A stretch of DNA of 64,000 bases, taken from NCBI GenBank assembly GCA_951406725.2, contig OX597819.1:29946001-30010000 (forward strand). The letters are read 5' to 3'. Each line of letters begins with the position of its first letter. Position 1 is the first letter of the stretch. The translations under genes and the position numbers were made by a program. Below, piece after piece: positions 13,377 to 27,807 of the stretch. The notes under the pieces were generated by a model. The model did no database searches and was not told the origin of the DNA. It saw only the letters and a program-made list of their open reading frames with translations. Source of the DNA: Octopus vulgaris (taxonomy: Eukaryota).

Positions 13377-13785
13377 ATATATATATATATATATACGTAA
13401 ATATAAGAGAGTTAACGTTAAGTGGTTAACTCTAGTGCTAAAAATAGCTCCTTATTCTGGTATAGCCACCGAAGTTGTTTCCACAGAAGAAATAACATTA
13501 CCTTCAACGTAAGGAAAGCGAAATACAACGAAAAGATAGATTAATGCTGAACAATTGTTCCTTTATCAACATAATATGCAATTATACTCACATATTTGTC
13601 TATAAGTCATCGGCAGCATTTGTCCTCGATACAATTTATCAGACCCTCACGGGCGATAAATATCCATGCGGTCTGACCGATTGCATACATAGTTGTGGTT
13701 TAGCTTCCCGCCAAAAGCATGCTAAGACTCACTGGAAACCAATACTGCATACAATATTTGCTGCAGCATATTTAATGTATAAATG

Positions 13786-13877
<92 letters not shown>

Positions 13878-13929
13878 TGTATGTATGTATGTATGTATGT
13901 ATGTATGTATGTATATGTATGTATATGTA

Positions 13930-14930
13930 ATAACAATAATACCATGCTAGAATTTATATTTAATACATCGCTACGTACGTTTCCAAAAATTAGATGATTT
14001 TAACATCAGAGTTGGTATCTTTGTGGTTAGTACTCTATTGTCCGTATTATCCGTGGGCATCCCCATTGGTCCACTTTATCAGGCGATATAGTTGGATGAA
14101 TCACGGAGGGATGTTTATCCCTTCTTGACTGTATGAAGGCCAATCTAGCTATGTGAGAATTTCTTTATGTACTTGGTAGGGGGAAGGTAGGTGATGGTGG
14201 TAGCGGAAGGAATGCTAGTAATATGGGGTCGGCGGTGTATGTGGTCGTGTTGGATTTATTTGCTATTCATTCTGAAGATTTTAAGGATGGTAATTCATTC
14301 AGCAGATTTAATGATGGTAGTATATCTCTTTGTTCTGTTTCATTCAAGACCGGACTCTACTCAATAAATTCTGAACCTAACAGGCGATCAGCTGCTATAT
14401 AATAGGGTTTGTTGACTACATTGGTTAATACCACCCCTCTTACGATGACTTTTTCACTGTTTCCACAGATCAAGGGATGGTATTAATCAATGTAGTCAAC
14501 AAACCTTACTATATAGCAGCTGACCGCCTGATAGGTTCGAGGAGAGTCAGGTCTTGAATGAAATAGGAACAAAGAGATGTACAAACATATTTAAATCTGC
14601 TGAATGAATGACCATCCTAAAAACCAAATGAATGAATAGCAAATGCATCCAACACCATCACATACACCACCGTCCCCATACTACTTCCATTCCTTCCTCT
14701 ACCACCATTACCTACCTCCCCCCTACCAATTACATACAGAAATACTCACATAGCTAGATTGGCCTTCATACTGGCCAGAAGGAATAAACATCCCTCTGTG
14801 ATTCATCCAATTATACAGAATTGCCTGAGGAAATGGCTCAATGATGATGCCCGCGGACATTTGATCTGTGGAATCGTACGTAGCGATCTATTAAATATTT
14901 ATAAATTCTAACCTGGTATATTGTTATTTT
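13930..14930. mobile_element. ~1-kb inverted pair of PLE pseudo-LTRs (non-autonomous)
   Basis: About 13930-14432 is the reverse complement of about 14478-14930 (diverged, with indels); each arm carries a hammerhead-like motif. Confidence 0.75.
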
Positions 14931-15071
14931 TATATTTATCCCATATTATATCGGTATAACCATTATGCAACCCCGAAAATCTGACTCACTAGTCTGTATC
15001 ATTAAACAGAAGCTGGCATAATGAAACAGGAGCTCTATTTTCATACTCCTAACGTTATCTAAACAAATTTA

Positions 15072-15095
<24 letters not shown>

Positions 15096-15104
<9 letters not shown>

Positions 15105-15711
15105 GTCAAATGCGATACAATAAAATTAATTATTATCGCCGGTGTTCTAGGACACGCCATATATTATTCATATATAAGTACATTAAAAGGCGAAGTGTGT
15201 ACTAGATACACAAAAGCTGGATAAATTTAATGAGATGAAAATTAAAAACTTTTACAAACTTAGTTCTTCTTAGACTGCAGTTTCGCCTATTTCATCAATA
15301 AAAATAATATTTATTTACTCAGGTAGGCTCTTCAGTAAGATTCCTGTTATTATGGGAAGCGCACATCAACAGAGGCACATGCGTCTATTAAATTGCTCTT
15401 TCTAAACTATTCAAATCACTGCGCAGACTCAGAACGTACCCGACAAAATAGGGTTTTCTGGTATATCGTCTAACGCTTAAATATTTATCGAGAAAATACG
15501 TAAACAAAGTCAAATGCGATACAATAAAATTAATTATTATCACCGGTGTTCTAGGACACGCCATATATTATTCATATATAAGTACATTAAAAGGCGAAGC
15601 GTGTACTAGATACACAAAAGCTGGATAAATTTAATGAGATGAAAATTAAAAACTTTTACAAACTTAGTTCTTCTTAGGCTGCAGTTTCGCCTATTTCAGC
15701 AATAAAAATAA

Positions 15712-15721
<10 letters not shown>
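15096..15721 (-). mobile_element. Retrozyme / pLTR-like 1.55-mer (404-bp unit) inserted in (TA)n
   Basis: 15096-15318 is repeated at 15500-15721; (TA)n on both sides; contains a hammerhead. Confidence 0.8.
15268..15340 (-). ncRNA. Minimal type-I hammerhead ribozyme, intact core
   Basis: Minus strand: tctta CTGAAGA gccta..taggc GAAAC tgca GTC taaga, i.e. helix I, core, helix II, palindromic helix III and a GUC cleavage triplet. Confidence 0.85.
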
Positions 15722-15810
<89 letters not shown>

Positions 15811-16117
15811 CAATGTGTGTTTTATGAATAAGTACACAAATGACAAATCATAATCGAAAAGCATTCAAGGCCAAGAGTATGGTGCTTATTTTCAGAGAAA
15901 AGTGGGGACAATTACATATATACACGTGTGTGTAAATATTTTTGTGGATAAAAATAACGAACATTGAGTAAAAACTTCATAGCTTCTAATTAGTGATTTC
16001 AATTTTTTTACACAGGACCAGGAAACTCGTGGTAGGGTGTAAGTCGATTATTTCTAACCCCCAATGTTCAACTAGAACTTATTTTATCCACCTTGAAAGG
16101 ATAAGAGGCAAACTCGA

Positions 16118-16380
16118 TCATTACATATCCTGTGGAGCATGCTGGTTTTATTTCTTTCAAGCTTGCTTTCAGATGTCCTCAGCAGTCACAACCCATGTTT
16201 CACTGCCATGTAACATAGCAGGCATCATACAATCTACCTTTCTTGCTGGGGGAGAGGCCTTTCATTACTTGCAGAGGTAGTAGCTCTCTGAATTTTTCCC
16301 AGCCAATTCTTATTCTTGGGGGCTATGCTTTTGGAACAACCTCCACAACTGCTAACTTGGTTACCTAAATAACGCTGTAG
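16118..16380 (-). mobile_element. RTE-clade LINE RT fragment splitting a family A SINE
   Basis: Minus-strand translation across frameshifts: RYLGNQVSSCGGCSKSI..RIRIGWEKFRELLPL..KGRLYDAC..MLHGSETW; SINE halves at about 16000-16115 and 16380-16465. Confidence 0.8.
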
Positions 16381-16567
16381 AATTTGAACCAAGAACGTGC
16401 AGACAGACAAAATGCCGCTAAGCATTTTGCTCGGCGTGGTAACGACCCTGCCAGCTTGCTGCCTCATAGATTCCAGTACTGATTAGAATATAATTAAGAT
16501 TTTGAATAAGCCACCAAAGTGGGGAAACATCGAAGTCAATATCAATTAAATATATATTGTGTACACA

Positions 16568-16664
<97 letters not shown>

Positions 16665-16757
16665 CTTTACTACCCACAAGGGGCTAAACACAGAGGGGAC
16701 AAACAAGGACAGACAAACCGATTAAGTCGATTACATCGACCCCAGTGCTTATAAGCA

Positions 16758-16827
<70 letters not shown>

Positions 16828-17179
16828 GAGGTGCTTATAAGCACAGTATGTTTAAGGACCATGTGCTAATGTTTGTTTCGCATCCCGATGGTTTTGGGTT
16901 CGATCCCACTGCGTGGAATCTCGTCCAAATCTCCATTTCTATAACTCTGCGAAAGTAATTGGCTAGATGGATACTAAAGCCTGTCGCGTGGATTTTGCTT
17001 GTAAGTTAAAGACACAACTTAGCAACTGTATTACACTGATTGTACTTGTAAATTTCGTTAAGAACACAGATATACATGGCACGATCAGACACCTATTTCA
17101 GGAATAGGTAATACATTTTTTCTGAACGGTTAAACCTTCAACGCCGAACGACGTAGATTTACCACCATCAGACTGGCAC

Positions 17180-17551
17180 TCTTTACTCTTTACTCTTTTA
17201 CTCTTTTACTTGTTTCAGTCATTTGACTGCGGCCATGCTGGAGCACCGCCTTTAATCGAGCAACTCGACCCCGGGATTTATTCTTTTGTAAGCCCAGTAC
17301 TTATTCTATCGGTCTCTTTTGCCGAACCGCTAAGGGGGACAAACACAGACACACAAACACACACGCACATACATATATATATACATATATACGACGGGCT
17401 TCTTTCAGTTTCCGTCTGCCAAATCCACTCACAAGGCATTGGTCGGCCCGGGGCAATAGTAGAAGACACTTGCCCAAGGTGCCACGCAGTGGGACTGAAC
17501 CCGGAACCATGTGGTTGGTTAGCAAGCTACTTACCACAGCCACTCCTGCAC
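17180..17551 (-). mobile_element. SINE family B with internal deletion
   Basis: Near-identical to 6973-7391 but lacks the central gacaaccgatgctgg block. Confidence 0.85.
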
Positions 17552-17774
17552 TAGAAGTTTTTTTTACAAAAGCTGCAGCATGTTCTCTTTTCAGTCAAAA
17601 TATCTGACTGACAAGACTGGTGGCCGTGTGTGGAAGCTTGTATTTACTTTCAACAATCGAATTAAATCATTTATTGTTTCCCTACGCCAGCTTTAGTACT
17701 TTTTCTTCCCTTTGTTGCCACATACATGCATGCGTACATACATACATGCATACATACATACATACATACATACA

Positions 17775-18074
17775 TCACGTGATCACGTGACCGACCAGAC
17801 CATCAGATGTTGTTACACATTGCTGGTCACAATGCGTTCGCATTGTTTTAGCCTTCGAATGACGCCACCCCGCTGGCTAAGCGAGCAGGCCAACAGAAGA
17901 AAGAGTGCGAGAAAGAGTGGTGAAAGAGTACAGCAGGGATCACCGCCCCCTGCCGGAGCGTCGTGGAGCTTCTAGGTGTTTTCGCTCAATAAACACTCAC
18001 AACGCCCGGTCTGGGAATCGAAGCCGCGCTCCTACGACCGCGAGTCCGCTGCCCTAACCACTGGGCCATTGCGC
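17775..18074 (-). mobile_element. SINE family C (tRNA-like head, LINE-like tail ending ggtcggtcacgtga)
   Basis: Minus strand gcgcaatggcccagtggttagggcagcggactcgc..ttcgattccc; further copies at 29230 and 50658. Confidence 0.87.
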
Positions 18075-18587
18075 ATGCATATATACATACATATATACAT
18101 ACATCTATTTATCTATCTATTTATCTATTTATCTTTTATCTTTTACATTGGATTTTTTTTCAGTCCAATAGCTAAAACAAATAAAAGATAAAAGATATTC
18201 TCAGCCTGCGTAACAACTTTAAGAAAGATTAGTAGTTGCTCATGTATGCATGTCTCCTCTATTTCTACCACGGGTATTTATCCAAAGGAAGGCCAATGAT
18301 TCGAACCATTTCAGTTGGACACCAGCGTCATTACAGACTTTGCAGTCAATACGTAAAGAACCAGAACAGCTACAGTAAGGCATCTTGCTAGATCTTCCAA
18401 CAATTCCATCAAATCGGATCGATAGATTATTGCGCAGCTCTCATAGTATCGATGATTTGTATATATTTAATGTGTATTAGATGTATTTCTGGTGACGTAC
18501 AGCTAATAGGCAGTGGCTTTCACTAGTCAAGTCCCCTGAGCTTTGAATAGATAATGAAAACAGAGGTAATTTTGCTTTTGTTTAACC

Positions 18588-20120
18588 CCTACTCAAGTAG
18601 ACCTATAAAGAAAAGTGTTGTATCTATAACTAAATGGGTTTCTTTTCTTTGAAATATAATGTATTCTTGACTACATATCCAGCATGTCCTTTTTAAAACA
18701 ATGGGTTGTGATTCGATGAATATACAGTTGCTGTTTCTAACATGTTGAGTGGCTGCGGAGAGGTTCTTCAATTGATTTGATGTGCCGAAGAATGAAATAA
18801 AGACTTGCTTTTCGAAATGTTTGTCTCACGAGGTTTGAGTTATAGAATCTGTATAATGAACAAAGTTTAACTTTTGTTCTGTTGTAATAGGGTTTTCTAA
18901 AGCTCTTTATATCCTTTCACCGAAGTGGAAATTATTCCAGAAGAATACTCCCTCGACATTTAGGGGTACATCTACCGTTAAAATGTAAATGAATCCAGCG
19001 CATAATGAATAAATCAGGTACGCTTGTCAAAACATCGTTTCGTTACTTCATTTCCGTTTTTCTTTTGCTTTCCTTCCTTAACACCAATCGGTGAAACAAG
19101 AACTATTTGTTTGTGCCGCTGGTCTAAATATCTAAAATATCGACATTTAATGGACTCAGTTATCTTACTCCAAGTTTACAAATCGTAAGAACAGGAATTG
19201 GCAATTCTTATACTATATATTCTTGACCTGTGGCGTTATATGATATATAATATATATAGGAGTTAAAACCATAATTGTTATAAGTTTTAAACCTTATTAA
19301 CTTACCTTTAATGCTTGTTATAAATTTTGTTCCTTTCCATTGTCGTTCGTTAAAGAAAATTTACATTAGAGCATCATGTGAATCTTCTTGGATTAAAATG
19401 GAGCGAGGCGGAAATAAAATGTGTTGTAATCAATATGGAAGTTGAAGAATTGTATATTATTATATTACTGGAATATATGTAAATAAAATTATGTGAGATG
19501 GAATGAAAAGTGAGTAGAATTAAATATGAAGAGAAATGTGTAGTAGAAAGAAATATGAATTCCTGTTCAAAACAAATAATCAGAATTAAATTAAGAATCG
19601 ATAGAGCACGTGTATGGAGGAGAGTTTGATTCTTAGATGCCAGATAATTAAGAATTCCTTAATGGGGGAATAGTTAATTCCCGTAGACTGTGATCAACTG
19701 ATAGGAAATGAACGGTCTCTTTAAACCGAAGAAGAAAGAAATACGATTTAGTGGTATGGGGATGATATTCAGACTAAGAAGGTACTAATGAACGTTATTG
19801 CATTGGTGTGTCTTGGAGTGTGTAGATATGTTAATCCTTTACTTAATTTGTGAATTAATCAGAGGTAAGGCCTTTTCATTACATAAATTTTGTTTAACAC
19901 CTAATCAAGTAGACCTATAAAGGAAAGTGTTGTATCTATAACTAAATGGGTTTCTTTTTCTTTGAAATATAATGTACTCTTGACTACATATCCAGCACGT
20001 CCTTTTTAAAACAATGGGTTGTGATTCGATGAAGATATAGTTGCTGTTTCTAACATGTTGAGTGGCTGCGGAGAGGTTCTTCAATTGATTTGGTGTGCCG
20101 AAGAATGAAATAAAGACTTG
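18588..20120 (-). repeat. ~220-bp direct repeats (18588-18808, 19900-20120) enclosing a probably decayed PLE
   Basis: The duplication is directly visible. The interior has only weak PLE-like words (KLSKGLTY; KPYYNRTKVKLC). Confidence 0.5.
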
Positions 20121-21049
20121 TGGAGGTTAAACAGTGCAAATTTGTTGAGCTATACCGCTATATCGTGCTATGATAGAGTTTTCATACTTCGTTTTAAGTT
20201 TCTATGTTTCTTTAATGCACCATCAACTCGTTTCATCGATAATACTGCAATGTATTCCAAGCAAACAGTCACTTCACCCGTGGAGAGTTCCAGGATTTTG
20301 GGAAGTGTGGAACCACCTTTTAGCCACTATTGTTTCCAGGTCCTCTCTAACTCTAAGTAATAGTAATAACCCTCAGAACCCCAGCTATGGTTATATAGCA
20401 TGTAAACATCCGCACCATGGTACGTTGAAATCATGTCACGTAGTGGAGGTGAACTATTGCACCAGATGAACCTGTTGAGTCAGAGGAGAATATCACTAGG
20501 TACTGAGCAGATGAACAGATAAAAAAACTGCCAATGGCCAGAACCAACCTGTTCAGTTGGTGAACTACTACCATCATGGTGTAAACGTGGCGTACGCAGA
20601 TGAGATATTTCAACTAGAGAAAGACCAATGTGACAAAAACTCAGGCTAGATATTTATGCATAGTCGCTTGATTAGGGATGCCTGGCGTAGAAGAGTTACA
20701 TTGGTCCGGGCAAATCACCGAGTGGATTGATAGAGAATTTCACCTGTACATGAAGCCTCACCTTTAGATGGGGATTTGGGCAGTGTAGTTAATACACGTG
20801 GAGCGATAGAGATCAAAACAGAAGATTTGACCCCGGGGCCACTACTTTGTATCGGTACTTCATTCAACCTCCAAATGAAGAAAGACAGAATTGATCTCGG
20901 CGGGATTTCATTTCAAAACACAGAACCAAAACGACTAACACAAGTCGATGTTTTAGCAACTCTGACCACTAGCCTTTTAGTGAAAGTTTTTTGACGAAAG
21001 AAAATAATTTCTCAGTATCAGCAATTGTTAATAGTAAATATATTTAGAT

Positions 21050-21780
21050 TTAAGGATATCTAAATGCGAGGAGTTTCTGCATAAAAGGTGCTTAAAAGAG
21101 GTCAATGTTAAGAAATAGAATCGAGAAGAATATTGATGCAAGCTGAAATGATAATAGTAACGAAATTTTGGATCTAATTGCTTAGTCATGGATGTAATCC
21201 ATAGGAAAGATATTTGTCCATGAAGTTAATATGCAAAGTTGTATCTACTGCAACATCCTTCTTTATTTTTTCAACACTATTATCTAAGCTAGTTATGTTA
21301 CGTATGTCATGATGGACAGTACATCAATAATAAATTTAACCTTATAGAATCTATATGGCCAGAAATAAAGATATAAAATACTCTAGCTGATATTAAATGA
21401 TTATTTCTTCCACTGTTAAATATTGGAGATTATTGGTAATAGGATGGTATTAATCATAAAATTAATGAGAATTCTGAGTGCTGGCCTATAGAATTCTTCG
21501 TAAATAATTCTGAAATGCATTGTTTGGAACTAACAGTTAATCTGAACTTAATTTGGCGATGTTGATAAAGCGAAGAATTTGAGAAGTTTGCAGGAGGAAA
21601 AAGAATTAAGAACTGTGGGCCATTAATTTCCCTGTAAGTGCAGAAGAGAGGGAGTGGTTGGAGTAAAAAACATTGAAAATTATCTGTAAAAGTTTTATTT
21701 GCACTAATTTCTTCAATTATAACCATCCCAGCGTTGAATTCACCGTTATTAGCAGTAAAAATTAATTCTGTACAGAATTA
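21050..21780 (-). pseudogene. Possible highly decayed PLE reverse transcriptase
   Basis: Weak resemblance only: NAGMVII (cf. DKGNAVVI) and KFRLTVSSKQCISE (cf. RPIVSS..S.TE). Confidence 0.3.
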
Positions 21781-22289
21781 ATTTTCAGGAATTTGTTATA
21801 TACAGACAAGATTCTTTCGAAAGTTCACAATTTTTTTATAAGCTCACGACAATAGAATATTGTAGACAAACATTAATCTCAACTGACAAGAAACATTAAA
21901 CTTCAGGGTATTTTATAGCTGTCTAATAACTGACGTATCCTTAACACACTTATTTGACACAATATAATTTTTCGTTACTTTTCTGAAGCACACGTTTCAA
22001 TGGATTCAATGTATAATTTCGTTGAGACTTTTTCTTCAAATTATAGTTTAATTTAAGTGATTGCTTCCATACAAGTAGGTCTGAAATATTTATCGAGGAG
22101 ATGAATATAGTCCGTAAAGGAGAGCGTTATTCTATTGGCGGTCCAAGACTGCTATACTTTCAATTATCGATTCAACTAAATTTATTTACTGTACAATTTA
22201 TGGCTTTGAGAAAGGTATGAATAATACAACACCTCATGTTTTACCCTTGATATATATATGTATATATGTATATACATATATATATATAG

Positions 22290-22375
<86 letters not shown>

Positions 22376-22768
22376 GTTTATATATATACACACATTGTCA
22401 TCTAAGAATTCGTAAGTAAAATAATATGTACTCGTATATTTGTCAATAGATTTGATATTTTAATCAAATTATACAGTATTGAAGATCTTACTAATCGGTG
22501 GCACACTGATTATTTAAACTGGATGTCAGATAAACAGCAAAGTTAAGTAACACCGAAGAGATGGCAGGTATGGAAAAAATATGTTTCCATACTTGTCATT
22601 TCTGCGGTATTACTTACATATTTTTTCTATAAGTACCATTTCTGGAGTGTGTGCAGTATCACCTAAGCGTGCTGTTCATCTAACAACGGTTTTAATAACC
22701 AGAGTGCAACTGATAGGTAAGTTTGACTTTTTTGTATGTCTGTATACTGTACTGCAGACTTTGATTAA

Positions 22769-22853
<85 letters not shown>

Positions 22854-22929
22854 ATAATATAAATTACTTTACTCTGCTATGGATTGAGTACCTTATTTAC
22901 TGTGGTTAACCCCGACTCAACCCGGGACC

Positions 22930-23002
<73 letters not shown>

Positions 23003-23953
23003 ATAGGGTTGCTTGTCACTTGTCTGTTAATATTCGATCAAAATTAATTTGATCGAATGAGGGAAATAGATATGAATAAATAGCTGCATCATTTTCTTAT
23101 CGTAATACTAAAGCATTTTCCAGTTAGGTAGCTACTTTCTACAAATGTCCTGGTTAGATTATGAAGCATTTACCATCTTGTGCATCAAATATTGAAATGT
23201 ATGTGTGTGTGTGTGTGTGCATCGAGGTTTTCATTTTTTTTAAATTCATTTTTTGCGATTATGCGTAAAATTTGGAATTTAGGAGAAAATGAGAGAAAAT
23301 GAAATCTTGGGACAGTTAATCTCTTTCCCAGGAAAATAAATGGAATGAAATATTCAACCAAGAATGGAAAGATCATCGAAGGAATTCACAAAGAACTTAA
23401 TCTTCCTTTCATGATTCTATTATTGAGAACTTCTAGAATCGATAAAATCTGCACCAGTTATGTACTGAGGTTTATAAAATCGACCCTTATTTTGACCATT
23501 GTTAAAATCTGGAGCCCTTTGCCTATGATAAAACTCTGCGACAATGAAATGGCTGAGACAGTCTTATAGATTGACAATTGATTGCTTCAAATTCGTATCG
23601 CAATGCGGTTAATTTCAGATGTCCTGGGTTCAGTGTCGATAAAAGAAATATCAATAATGTATTGAAGTCGATTCTAGTCTACCTCTCTCAAAATTGATCC
23701 TGTAGCTTTAAATGTAGGGTACGGCTCCTTCCCTTTCTCCCATCAATCTCAAATGTACACAAAGACGATGTAGGGGCTACTCTTTCACTTCTAACAATAA
23801 AAAATAGTGCAATATTATTACCAGTTCAAATATGCATGTGGTACGTTCGAACTCTTAAGCAAGCAATTTACTGCGTTTGTTCATGGAGAAAATTTCTCTC
23901 TGTGGACAAGCGGTGTGATAAACCTAAACAGTTCGCAGCGCCACCTTTCTAGA

Positions 23954-24001
23954 CTGTGAGATGCAAGCATTTCGGAATGATTATCTCCTCTTCGGTCACA
24001 G
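23954..24001 (-). ncRNA. Minimal type-I hammerhead ribozyme (CCGAAGA core variant)
   Basis: Minus strand: ctgtga CCGAAGA ggag ataatca ttcc GAAA tgc tt gca TC tcacag. A related copy at 38885 has canonical CTGAAGA. Confidence 0.78.
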
Positions 24002-27000
24002 ACACTAAGTAGGGGACTCTGCTAACCGGTAAAACAGATTGTTTCTCTGATGCTATTTCAATCACCGTACGATAACTGATAGTTGAAATATGCTTGTGAC
24101 TTGTTCGAACTCCTAAACAAGCCATTCTCCGTGTCCTATCATGGAGAAAATTTCTCGCTGTAGACAAATTTGAACTGGTAATACCCATTGCATTTATATA
24201 CATCACTGCTCAGCACTCCCGCTCCGTAATTTGTTTACGGTGAGCCGTCGCATAGCGCTATCAGTTATCGTACGGTGACTGAAATGGCACAAGGGAAACA
24301 ATCTCTTTTATCAGTGAAAATATTTGTAAATGAGGTTACAGGTTCAATCCTTGGACCGACCTACCACTATTTCACATTGCTTTAGTCTATACAGTTGTAA
24401 ATGAGTACCTGTTTAGTGCTGGTGCAACCCTTTCAACCTCCAGACATCACATCCTGAATGTTTTACTGGGTAAGGAGTGAGGGGTGAGTTTGATCGCGAC
24501 TACACAAGCACCTAAAACAATTTGCAGAAGCCAGTGCATGTTACCAAGCCATACTCAGCGAGTGGCGGCTGATTGTACTGTACTTTGTAGTATTAAGGTC
24601 TAACTGACAATTCTGAGTTATATATGTTCCTCCTTTACAGAATATACTTTTTGGTGCTGATGGGGTGGGGGGTCTCGAAGCAGATGAAACTATAAATAAT
24701 AGTATGTAAATATTGGGTCAAAATACCTTCTGGATAAGAAAAGTCGAAGACTGCTCGTGGAACGCGAACCCGCGGTACCACTGACAAGGTATTGGTCAAC
24801 CTGTGACAGTAGAATAGGTCTTCCGAAGGTGTTACATAGCTGGATTGAAAATAGAACAACTTGGTTGCAAAGTGAACACAAACATTTCTTTATTGACAGC
24901 ATTCTTTATTTAACTCCTACTACCAGGACGAATTAGACTGCTTTTACTGTTCGACAATAAGATATTGTCAACTAGGAATACACGTATGGGTGAAATATTG
25001 TATCAAATGAATTTTAAAATCGTAAGATCTTTGACCAAAATAGATTCCGAGGTGAAGCTGTAGACAACTATGCATATATATTCCTAAGTCTTATTTGAAT
25101 TCAAACCTCAACGCCTTGATTCCTTTTGATCTTCTCGGTTCTTTCAGAATTTTTGTGGCTCTCCAGAAAAAGATATTTGTATCTTTGACTAATTATAACT
25201 AATTGGATACCAGATAATGTGATGAACACTAAGGTAAATAAATAGATTTGATGCTTTAGTGTATCTAATTTATTTTGATCTAAGATCAAACGATAACAAA
25301 ATTTACTTTCTTTAACGTTCATGAAATAAGTACTTGTGATATATTAATCAATATTTGAATCAATCCAGTTGCTTTGTCCTAAAACAGGGTGGAACTTATG
25401 CTGAGTCGAAAGAAAATAATTAAAATATAAATTATTCAAATTTCGTCACTCTCTTTGACGAGATACACAAAAACACTGCCAACGGGAAACGCAAAGTAAC
25501 GCAAAAGATATCGATAGCAAGTTTGAACAGCGTACTTGAAAAGCTTACTTTCATGATTGAAATACTTAATATAGTGCAGAGAAATATAATTAGTATTAAT
25601 AACATTTCTCATCAAGAAAAGCATGGGAAACAACTCCGATAGTCAGTTTGGTTCAAAATAGAATGAGAACTTGCAGCAAGGTATGGATGCTATCTTTGAT
25701 TATTACGGAGACAACCACTACGTATTTTTCGATCTTATTACACTTCCTCAGTGGAAATAATCTTTATGTCTACCTACCAGAACTAAAATTGACTGACGAG
25801 TTGTATCGCTTTAGAATACTGAATTTACGATTTCTTTCATTTTCCAATTGTGACCATTTATAATAGGAAGGTTCGCTGGAGAAGCACATATTCATTTCTT
25901 TGCTTATCCTGAATATTATGTCTGCGTATGCAAGAAATTATTAGATATCAGTTGATATCCTTAGCTATGTTATGTCTGAGTAGTAAATCCTTCAATAAAT
26001 TTAGAGCATTTAGAATAGTTCTCCTGACAGGACACAACTTTCCATTTCATCTCGACCTTCAAAGTTGACAATAGTTTCACACAGAGATAACTTTGAAATA
26101 TTAGATATGAATTAAATATTTAAATTCTATTTAATTTTTACTAAGCTTTTCAGTTTTCATTTCCAAAATACCAGTTATCATAACGTTTATGTTTTTCTCG
26201 GGGGTGAAAACGACGTAAGTGGAGTGAACTTGCGTGAACTGAGAACAAAGATATGATTGTAGAAGACATAACATCAAACTATTGGCAGAGCAGTTGCATC
26301 GAAAAATGAATTTTGGTTTTTATATTCATTATTCACATTAGTTATAGATGCACGAACATGATGTTATAATACGAAAGCTATTGTTTTGACGAGTCGATAA
26401 TTATTACGGAATACGGAAAAAAATTGAAGGTCCATTAAATGTTGCACCAATGAATCCAAATAATTGTGTTTAGCTTTTCATCTTGCTTTTGTGTTTTTCA
26501 ATGTATCGTTTGAAAGACCTGGAGATAATGTCTAAGAGACCAAGTAATTCAATGGTTGAATGAATATGTGTTATCTTTGACACTACTTCATTTTATTAAT
26601 CAGTGTTGCTCTTGAGAAGTAATTAATACGTTTGGTGTAATTATTTGCCTATTTGTATAGACGAGACAACTTTTATATATTTAGAATTCAAATAACTCTA
26701 AACTTGTCTTTTTGTTTTGTTGTAACATTATTATAATACAATAATCGGGTTAAGTTGTTTATGTAATATGCATGTGAAGATCAAAGAAGATAGGTTGGAA
26801 GCAGGGAGAAGAATAGGGGATTAAAACAGATCATTGCTGGACACCATCATGAAAACTATAGATATGAGACCTCTTATGAGTTTATACAAACTTTGTATTT
26901 GTGTTTTGTGAAGAACCAATTTTATTGCTATTCTTTAGTCCCAGCTTAACCCTGGTCGAGTAGATCTATAATCGAAGGTGTTATACTTTTGTCTACTTTA

Positions 27001-27585
27001 CAAGACATAATCTGTCTAGGACAATATTGCTTAATATGTCTTGTCTTCCTTAAGACGAGGAAGTATATCAGAGGGAGATTTGGCTACTATTTGTAGCAGG
27101 TTAAGCCATCACGAATGGCTTATATTATGAGTCTATTTTTTTAAAAACCTTTAGTTGTTTTACTTTGTGGTTGATGTATTTCAGAATCAATTTAATCAGT
27201 AATTGGGGGCAGTGAGTTTGAGACCTTCTTACATGAATGTCTCTATGTAGAAAAAAATAATGCTCCGAAAGTAGATTGGAGGAAAACACAAATAATAAAA
27301 TTTGTTTAATCTCTGGATCACTATTTGTGCAATCTTTGTTTCCTACTAAATGTTCAAAAGATTTAAGGAACTGCTCTTTATTTTTACATATATAAATACG
27401 TACATACACAGACATCCACACCGCAAGGACAGACACACATCTAATATTAATGTTTATTTTTAACTCAAGTTATATATATATATAGAAAAATTGTTTTTTA
27501 AATGCTCTTTGATAGATTATGTTTATTAACCTTTTACAAGTAGAAGGGTGACAGTGACTTCGAAGTTTTACGCTGCTAGTATTCG

Positions 27586-27619
<34 letters not shown>

Positions 27620-27692
27620 CTTGTGTGTGTGTGTGGTGTGTATACGTGTATGGTGTATGTTTGGGGTGGTGGTGTTTGTGTGTATGTGCGAG

Positions 27693-27730
<38 letters not shown>

Positions 27731-27807
27731 TATCAATGTATGTATTATGTATTATGTATGTATGTATGTATGTATGTATGTATGTATGTATGTATGTATG
27801 TATATAG

